Source of the DNA: Thermodesulfovibrionales bacterium
GTDB taxonomy: Bacteria; Nitrospirota; Thermodesulfovibrionia; Thermodesulfovibrionales; UBA6898
Length of the DNA: 64,000 nt
Reading direction: 5' to 3'
Assembly (NCBI GenBank): GCA_033853975.1
Contig: JAWOKY010000027.1
Location: forward strand, 15,444 to 79,443
The notes beneath the pieces were generated by a model. It was not told the DNA's origin. It saw nothing but the letters and a program-made list of their open reading frames with translations, and made no database searches. The translations under genes were made by a program, and so were the position numbers. Positions 58,072 to 64,000 of the stretch are shown piece after piece (the first letter of the stretch is position 1; every line of letters begins with the position of its first letter).

Positions 58072-58185
58072 GCACGAGCTCCTCTCCATCTCTGTAAGAA
58101 AAAAAGTGGCTGAGTTTCGTTTCTGTTTCAATTCTATCTCAGAGGGAAACTAATGCAAACAATTTTAGCGATCCTGGTTTCCTGC

Positions 58186-59154
58186 CTATGGGTTCCAGAC
58201 ATACATAAATTGCACACCCGAAAAGAGCGAGAGATCTTCAGCGTTCATGGAGATAAGGTTGATAACCAGAGGACCCTGTGCCTGTGCCTCGGAATATATG
58301 TTCGACTTAAAGGTCTGCGGTCGTACATAGGTCACCACCCTTGCCTTCTCTGCACCGACTTTCTTTTTCATGTCCGTGACAGTCTCATCAAGATAGGCCG
58401 TACTGTCAATAAGGTGAGCCCCGAGCGCCTCGCCAGCGGTGAGTATCCTGCCGTCGGCAAGGCTCCTTACCCCCTGTTCTGTCAACACATTCTTTCTGTT
58501 TTCATAAACTACCCCGACAAAGTGGGCGTAAAGCTCATCGATTATGTCCTGGAGCATCTTCTTCTCCTGCTCAGTGCTCGGACGAAAGGGTGACCAGAAG
58601 TCCTTCTTCGGTCCGGATTTGTAGGTCTCGTCTGACACGCCGATCTTTGAAAGAAGCCCCTCGATATTGAACTTCATGGCGATGACTCCGATGCTCCCGG
58701 TGATAGCGGTTGGGTTCGCCACGATGCGGTCCGAAGCGCACGCAACGTAGTACGCACCGGATGTGCCTAATTCCGTGATGTAGGCGTAGACAGGCACCTT
58801 TTTCTTTTTCTTGAACTCCATAATCTCATGGTATATCGTATCGCTTGCCGAAACGCCGCCTCCCGGCGAATTAATCCTGACTATGACTCCTGCGATCTCG
58901 GGGTCCCCCTTCGCCTTTATGAGCGCCTCCCGGAAAAAGGCGACCTTAGACGGGCTCGTCCGCAGCTTAAGACTGTCCGTCGCGCCCTTGAAAGAGATAA
59001 CGCCGTCCAGGTCGATAAGCAGTATCTTGGGCTTGCCTTCTCCTTCAAGCACCTTCTCCTCAAGAGCCTTCGTTTCCGGAAAAAGCGAAAAGTTTACAGC
59101 GCATCCCGAAAGGGCAAGTAAGGCAAGGACACAAAGAACAGCCATTTTCTTCAT
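58186..59154 (-). CDS. sppA: signal peptide peptidase SppA, 36K type
   Basis: Lipobox-type signal LALSGC. S49 motifs INSPGG, SGAYY.A and TGSIGV. Confidence 0.9.
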   Translation of the reverse strand: MKKMAVLCVLALLALSGCAVNFSLFPETKALEEKVLEGEGKPKILLIDLDGVISFKGATDSLKLRTSPSKVAFFREALIKAKGDPEIAGVIVRINSPGGGVSASDTIYHEIMEFKKKKKVPVYAYITELGTSGAYYVACASDRIVANPTAITGSIGVIAMKFNIEGLLSKIGVSDETYKSGPKKDFWSPFRPSTEQEKKMLQDIIDELYAHFVGVVYENRKNVLTEQGVRSLADGRILTAGEALGAHLIDSTAYLDETVTDMKKKVGAEKARVVTYVRPQTFKSNIYSEAQAQGPLVINLISMNAEDLSLFSGVQFMYVWNP

Positions 59155-59322
59155 CTCAGCTCCCCTTGAAAACTTTTTTCGGTCATCTGATGTGATTATA
59201 TCAGAGAACCCGATGACTGATAACTGCTACCCTTGAAACTGCGCAGACATTTTAACATCGGCAGTTTCATGATGACTGCGTGGGTTTAACCTATCGCTGC
59301 ATGTAGTGTTAAAATAAAAATA

Positions 59323-59973
59323 ATGAAGCCGGATAACATGCACCTTCACCCGGTGAGCCGCCAGATTCTCGAAAAATACAATTTCACTGCCTGGCTATAC
59401 GATATCCTCGATTTCCCTTGGGAATTGCAGTACCGGAAGTGGCGGCCCGCCCTCGTCGGCGATGTCAGCGGTGAAGTGATCGAGGCAGGCGTGGGGACCG
59501 GCCGCAACCTGAAGTATTATCACCGGGACGTCAACCTCACCGCCGTTGAGCTCAGCCCCTCGATGCTCAAACGGGCGAAAAATCGTGCGCGCCATGCACG
59601 ATGCAACATAACCTTCCTCCAGGAGGACGCCTCGGCCATGTCATCGGTCTCCTCCGGCCGCTACGACTGGCTTATCGCCACGTTCCTGTGCTGTGTCATT
59701 CCTAACGAGCTTCAGGGTCGGACGCTCGAACAATTTGCCCGGGTGCTGAAACCCGGAGGACGTTTCAGGCTCCTCGAGATGGTCTACTCCGGTATGCCGC
59801 GGATCAGAAGACGGCAGGATTTCTTCGCCTCTTTTGTTGAGAAGGTCTATGGGGCGCGCTTCGACCGTAATACCCTTGATCAGCTAACCAAAAACCCCAA
59901 CCTCAGAGTCACCTCCACCAGGTTTCTAAAAGATGATGTGTATCTGCTGATCGAAGGGCTCCGTTCCGACTAG
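59323..59973 (+). CDS. class I SAM-dependent methyltransferase
   Basis: VIEAGVGTGRNL motif I and LKPGGRF post-II motif. Confidence 0.85.
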   Translation: MKPDNMHLHPVSRQILEKYNFTAWLYDILDFPWELQYRKWRPALVGDVSGEVIEAGVGTGRNLKYYHRDVNLTAVELSPSMLKRAKNRARHARCNITFLQEDASAMSSVSSGRYDWLIATFLCCVIPNELQGRTLEQFARVLKPGGRFRLLEMVYSGMPRIRRRQDFFASFVEKVYGARFDRNTLDQLTKNPNLRVTSTRFLKDDVYLLIEGLRSD

Positions 59974-60124
59974 ACCCGCCCGGTTGTGTCGCCGGCAGGC
60001 GTCTTTCGTGATACCCCGGCATCTCCTCCATAATTTTTTCAGTCATGCCCCCACCAGGCGCAGGGAAAGTGAAAAAGCATCGCATGTGTGGTATATTTAT
60101 AACAGGTTTTTAAAAGGGTTTTGA

Positions 60125-60403
60125 ATGAATTTTTGGACCATCATAAGCAACATCACCAGCCCGGTGGTCTCTTTCTCCCAGTCAAATCCTCTTATTGCGA
60201 TAGCAGCGCTGATAGTCATGGCATTCCTCATTTACCGCAAGCCTTATTTCTTCATGGTGGTATTCCTGATCGGTCTGCTCATTCTGGGAGCGCTCTATTT
60301 CATAATGAGTGCCTCGAGTTCCGAGGTTCCGGTTAAGGAGCGCATGATCCAGGAAGAGGAGATGCCCCGGAATATATCGAAAGCCCCGGGTCTGATGTTC
60401 TGA
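60125..60403 (+). CDS. hypothetical small membrane protein (2 TM)
   Basis: 92 aa with two hydrophobic helices. TGGTATATT extended -10 about 30 nt upstream. Weak SD. Confidence 0.4.
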   Translation: MNFWTIISNITSPVVSFSQSNPLIAIAALIVMAFLIYRKPYFFMVVFLIGLLILGALYFIMSASSSEVPVKERMIQEEEMPRNISKAPGLMF

Positions 60404-60464
60404 GACCAATCCCTTCCCCGGACTCCTGCACAGCGACATTTCATGAACGGAGTGTCCCCGCGGA

Positions 60465-60794
60465 TTACTCCTTGCCGCTCAGATAATCGCCCAGCAGGCC
60501 CCTGCTATGTTCATCCTCATGGCAATAGATGCAGAGATTTTCCCAGTTGGAACCATCCGGGGGGTTATTATAGGGGTTACCGTCCTTATGATGGACCGTC
60601 AGGAGATGACGGTCCTTGTACTCGAATTCTCTTCCGCACTTGGCGCAGACAAGCCCGTGAACTTTCAGAGACTGCTCCCTGTAGCTGCCCGCAGGAGAGC
60701 CGGCCTGCTTCAGCTCCCTTACAATCTCTTCCACCGACTTCCCGCTGTCTTTCATCCGATCCGTCTTATTTCTGAAAACACGACGCCTCCGCAT
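60465..60794 (-). CDS. yajD: HNH nuclease family protein YajD
   Basis: VCAKCGREFEYKDRHLLTVHHKDGNPYNNPPDGSNWENLCIYCHEDEH closely parallels E. coli YajD as I recall it. Confidence 0.8.
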   Translation of the reverse strand: MRRRRVFRNKTDRMKDSGKSVEEIVRELKQAGSPAGSYREQSLKVHGLVCAKCGREFEYKDRHLLTVHHKDGNPYNNPPDGSNWENLCIYCHEDEHSRGLLGDYLSGKE

Positions 60795-60855
60795 TAGATA
60801 AATCCCCCCTTGCTGTCAATGGCAAAAGCGGCCGGGAACGTTACTGACGGCGGAA

Positions 60856-61689
60856 CTACTTTACAATCTTCATGCTTATGTCGGCTGCGGTTACCGAGTG
60901 AGTGAGCGCCCCAACGGAGATCAGGTCGACGCCCGTCTCCGCCACCTGCCTGACATTACGCAGGGTGATGTTCCCCGACGCCTCGATCGTCACCCTCCCC
61001 TTTGCGATCTTCACAGCCTCCGCCATTGCTGGTATAGGCATATTATCGAGCATAACAATGTCCGCACCGGCTGAGATAGCGTCTCTCAGCTCCGTTAGGG
61101 TTTCGACCTCCACCTCGATCCTGGCCAGATGGTGCCCTGCCTTTGCCAGCGATATGGCTTCTTTTATACCGCCGACTTCTTCGATGTGGTTGTCCTTGAT
61201 CAGGATGCCGTCATAGAGACCATATCTGTGGTTGGTTCCGCCGCCCATCTTGACGGCGTATTTCTCCATGAACCTGTGGCAGGGCGTCGTCTTTCTCGTA
61301 TCAAGGATCTTTGCCTTCGTCCCGCGCACGGCTTCGACGAAGTGGCTCGTGAGCGTCGCGATTCCCGAGAGCCTCTGTAGAATATTGAGACTGGTCCTTT
61401 CGCCGGCGAGCAGCACCCTGGTCTTACCCGAAACCTCCGCAAGAATCGATCCCTTCGAAACTTTTGACCCCTCATTGAAGAAGACCTGGAATGAGACGGA
61501 ACGGTCAAGGAGATTGAACACCTCGCGCGCGAAAGGAACGCCGGCCAGCACAAAATTGCCTTTTGCGATATAGAGCGCCCTCGCTTCGTTGGCCTCGGGG
61601 ACCAGCAGGGAAGTGGTAATGTCGCCATACCCCAAATCTTCCTCAATTGCGTGGCGCAGCAATTCAGTGACGCTGGAAGGGATGTCCAT
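60856..61689 (-). CDS. nadC: nicotinate-nucleotide pyrophosphorylase (carboxylating)
   Basis: EDLGYGDITT, ERT.LN.LQRLSGIAT, DTRKTTP, HR.GL.D..LIKDNH and MLDNM motifs. Confidence 0.95.
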   Translation of the reverse strand: MDIPSSVTELLRHAIEEDLGYGDITTSLLVPEANEARALYIAKGNFVLAGVPFAREVFNLLDRSVSFQVFFNEGSKVSKGSILAEVSGKTRVLLAGERTSLNILQRLSGIATLTSHFVEAVRGTKAKILDTRKTTPCHRFMEKYAVKMGGGTNHRYGLYDGILIKDNHIEEVGGIKEAISLAKAGHHLARIEVEVETLTELRDAISAGADIVMLDNMPIPAMAEAVKIAKGRVTIEASGNITLRNVRQVAETGVDLISVGALTHSVTAADISMKIVK

Positions 61690-61695
61690 CCCCTC

Positions 61696-62178
61696 TTATC
61701 TCCTCCTGAAGAGCGACAGAAGACCCCACAACCCGCCGAGGACAGCGCCGGCGGCCGCGGCCGACTTCCAGTCGAAAAGCGTAGTGATTTCGCCCTCGAC
61801 ATCCTTCGCGAGAACGAGCAGCGCCGCGCTCTTGTCCGCTTTCACGGTGCGGGCCGCAATAACGCCTGCCGCGCTTCTGTTGATGCTCGTATCGAGCCGC
61901 GATATGGAAAGGGGGGAAAAAGAAAAGTTTATCGAGGTGCTTTCGCCCACAGTAACACCGCTGATGCTTTGGTTGAGGTTCACGCTTTCTCCGCGGACTA
62001 TCACCGCGGCGCCCTGTGTCGCTTCGATACGCTCACCGTCTATGCTCAGCGCACCAACCTGCTGCATCTCGACATGACCGCCTTCCACATTTCGCGCAGT
62101 GCTTTGGGTGATCGTGATAAATTCGCCTTCTATTATTTCCAGGTCTTTCTCCTGGATGTCCGTCTCATCCCTTGTCAT
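61696..62178 (-). CDS. tail-anchored protein made of ~15-residue repeats (predicted beta-solenoid), unknown function
   Basis: ORF trimmed to ATG 62178, which forms an ATGA overlap with the valS stop. Seven consecutive 15/16-aa repeats, then a C-terminal TM AAAAGAVLGGLWGLLSLF-RRR. Confidence 0.6.
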   Translation of the reverse strand: MTRDETDIQEKDLEIIEGEFITITQSTARNVEGGHVEMQQVGALSIDGERIEATQGAAVIVRGESVNLNQSISGVTVGESTSINFSFSPLSISRLDTSINRSAAGVIAARTVKADKSAALLVLAKDVEGEITTLFDWKSAAAAGAVLGGLWGLLSLFRRR

Positions 62179-64000
62179 TGTCTTTTCCCCCCCGCTTCCT
62201 GGAGTTTCCTGATATGCTCCCGGACCCTTTCGACCTTCCTCAGACATTCGTCGTATTTTTCCTTCTCCTTCGAGACAACCTCTTTGGGCGCCCTCTTGAG
62301 GAAATCTTCATTCTGAAGCTTCCTGTTGAGGAAATCAATTGTCTCCCGGATCTTTGATTCTTCCTTATTCAGTCTATCAATTTCCATACCTATATTCAAC
62401 AAACCTTCAAGTGGAACATAGACCTCGAGTGAGCTTCTCACGGCAGCGGCGGAACCCTTCGGTTTTTTCACATCCTCGCCCAATTCTGCGATATCCACCT
62501 TTGCAAGCTTCCTCAGGTAGAGGAGGTCGCGCTCAAGCACCTCTGTCGTCCTGGCAGAAAGCGTCTTTATATGGGCCCTCAGTTCGATTGAAGGGGAAAG
62601 ATTCAGTTCCCCCCTGATCGTCCTTATCCCTGTCACAGCTTCTATAAGCACCGACATCTCTGCCTCGGCTGCCTCGTCCCTCGCAAGACCCGCGGGGAAA
62701 GCAGCTATCACTACACTCTTTCCACCTCCTTCACCCTTCGGCACGTGTTGCCAGATCTCCTCCGTCACATAGGGCATGAACGGGTGAAGGAGTCTCAGGG
62801 TCCTTTCAAGCACAAAGAGCAGGCATTTTCTCGCGGGTTCCCTGTCGGCCGTCTCGTCGTAGAGGACAGGCTTGACCATCTCGATATACCAGTCACATAA
62901 CTCGTGCCAGACAAATTGGTAGATCACGTTTGCCGCGTCGTTGAACCTGTAATCAGCAAGCGACCGGTCTATCTCTGCGGCTGCGTCAGCCAGTCTACTG
63001 ACTATCCACCTGTCTCCGAGGTCCAGATTCCCTGTTTCCAACTCTTCCGGCAAGACAGTATCCTGGGCATTGAGGAGGATGAACCGCGATGCGTTCCAGA
63101 GCTTGTTCACAAAATGTCTGTACCCCTCCACCCTCTCTTCGGAGAACTTCACGTCTCTTCCCTGCGCTGCAAAGGCGGCAAGGGTGAACCGGAATGCGTC
63201 GGTGCCGTACTTTTCCATCATGATGAGCGGGTCGATGACGTTTCCCCTGGACTTGGACATCTTCTGCCCGGAGGCGCCCCTCACAAGGGCGTGGATGTAG
63301 ACGTCACCGAAAGGAATGTCCTCCATAAACTTCATTCCCATCATTATCATGCGAGCTACCCAGAAGAATATGATGTCGAAGCCGGTCACACGGACCGACG
63401 TCGGATAATACTTATTCAGTTCGGCCGTCCTATCCGGCCAGCCGAGGGTCGAAAAGGGCCACAGCGCAGAGGAAAACCATGTATCAAGAACGTCTTCGTC
63501 CTGCCGCAGGACGTCACCGCCGCATTTCCTGCATTTGTCCGGGGTCTGCCTCGATACAATCACCTCTCCGCAGGAATCGCAGTACCACGCCGGGATGCGG
63601 TGCCCCCACCATATCTGCCTTGAAATACACCAGTCGTTGATGTTTTCCATCCATGAAAAATACGTATTTTCCCAAGACTTCGGGACGATTCTGATCCTGC
63701 CGCTTCTCACAGCTGCGATGGCCTGCTCGGCCAGGGGCTTTATCTTGACGTACCACTGGAGCGTTGACAGCGGCTCTATTACAGTTTTACAGCGATAGCA
63801 CTGGCTTATGGAGTAAACGTATTTCTCCTGCTTTGCCAGCAGATCGAGGGCCTGAAGATCCTTCACCACCGCCTTCCGGCAGTCATACCTGTCCATGCCG
63901 GCGTACTTGGCGCCTGCATCCCCCGTCATCCTGCCGTCGGGACCGATAACGGTGATGAAATCGAGCGTGGGCCTCTGTCTCTTTGCGATCGCTTCGTCGT
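62175..64000 (-). CDS. valS: valine-tRNA ligase, C-terminal ~600 aa (gene runs off the right edge)
   Basis: DWCISRQIWWGHRIPAWY, KMSKSRGN, and a C-terminal coiled coil. The frame stays open to the window end; the track's Met at 63929 is internal. Confidence 0.95.
   Translation of the reverse strand, partial: DEAIAKRQRPTLDFITVIGPDGRMTGDAGAKYAGMDRYDCRKAVVKDLQALDLLAKQEKYVYSISQCYRCKTVIEPLSTLQWYVKIKPLAEQAIAAVRSGRIRIVPKSWENTYFSWMENINDWCISRQIWWGHRIPAWYCDSCGEVIVSRQTPDKCRKCGGDVLRQDEDVLDTWFSSALWPFSTLGWPDRTAELNKYYPTSVRVTGFDIIFFWVARMIMMGMKFMEDIPFGDVYIHALVRGASGQKMSKSRGNVIDPLIMMEKYGTDAFRFTLAAFAAQGRDVKFSEERVEGYRHFVNKLWNASRFILLNAQDTVLPEELETGNLDLGDRWIVSRLADAAAEIDRSLADYRFNDAANVIYQFVWHELCDWYIEMVKPVLYDETADREPARKCLLFVLERTLRLLHPFMPYVTEEIWQHVPKGEGGGKSVVIAAFPAGLARDEAAEAEMSVLIEAVTGIRTIRGELNLSPSIELRAHIKTLSARTTEVLERDLLYLRKLAKVDIAELGEDVKKPKGSAAAVRSSLEVYVPLEGLLNIGMEIDRLNKEESKIRETIDFLNRKLQNEDFLKRAPKEVVSKEKEKYDECLRKVERVREHIRKLQEAGGKRQ

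Overview
This 64-kb window is a stretch of bacterial chromosome. Its gene content suggests a diderm organism: Slp-type and LptM-like lipoproteins, a SPOR protein and SppA. It is densely coded on both strands, with about 75 protein genes and many ATGA or short overlaps. It is GC-rich enough that the ORF track is full of long antisense shadow ORFs.

The content is overwhelmingly housekeeping:
- ppdK (partial), purM, surE-pcm and argH
- a MoxR-DUF58-transglutaminase module
- a REC-PAS-HisKA_3 kinase with a NarL-type regulator
- gmhA-ruvCAB-queH-DUF2905-spoIID-queA-SPOR
- phoH-7TM_HD-ybeY-dgkA
- class II (B12) ribonucleotide reductase
- the oxidative pentose-phosphate operon gnd-rpiB-zwf-pgl
- a caa3-type cytochrome c oxidase operon (sco-ctaD-ctaE-coxIV-ctaC-ctaB)
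- mnmA, acyP-bioB-bioW-lipid kinase, ettA, amt, trxB, sppA, yajD, nadC and valS (partial)

I recognised no rRNA, tRNA, CRISPR array, transposase, integrase or phage gene. I do not see a clear-cut novel multi-gene system.

The most interesting unexplained signals are:
1. a densely structured element of about 200 nt on the plus strand in the 418-nt gap upstream of mnmA (candidate unclassified ncRNA)
2. a sigma-54 promoter with upstream palindromes driving a stand-alone Fis-type HTH minigene plus amt, with no glnK
3. a low-density patch (46.9-49.7 kb) of small Cys-motif, PilZ-like and hypothetical genes
4. a tail-anchored protein built of 15-residue repeats, coupled to valS
5. a heme c / cytochrome b5-like membrane protein divergent from a B12-radical SAM gene
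6. several unusual domain fusions (REC-RHH, DgkA-PAP2, LptM-like lipobox-FN3)

All calls rest on motif recognition by eye. No database search was possible. Start codons trimmed from the ORF track are my judgement.
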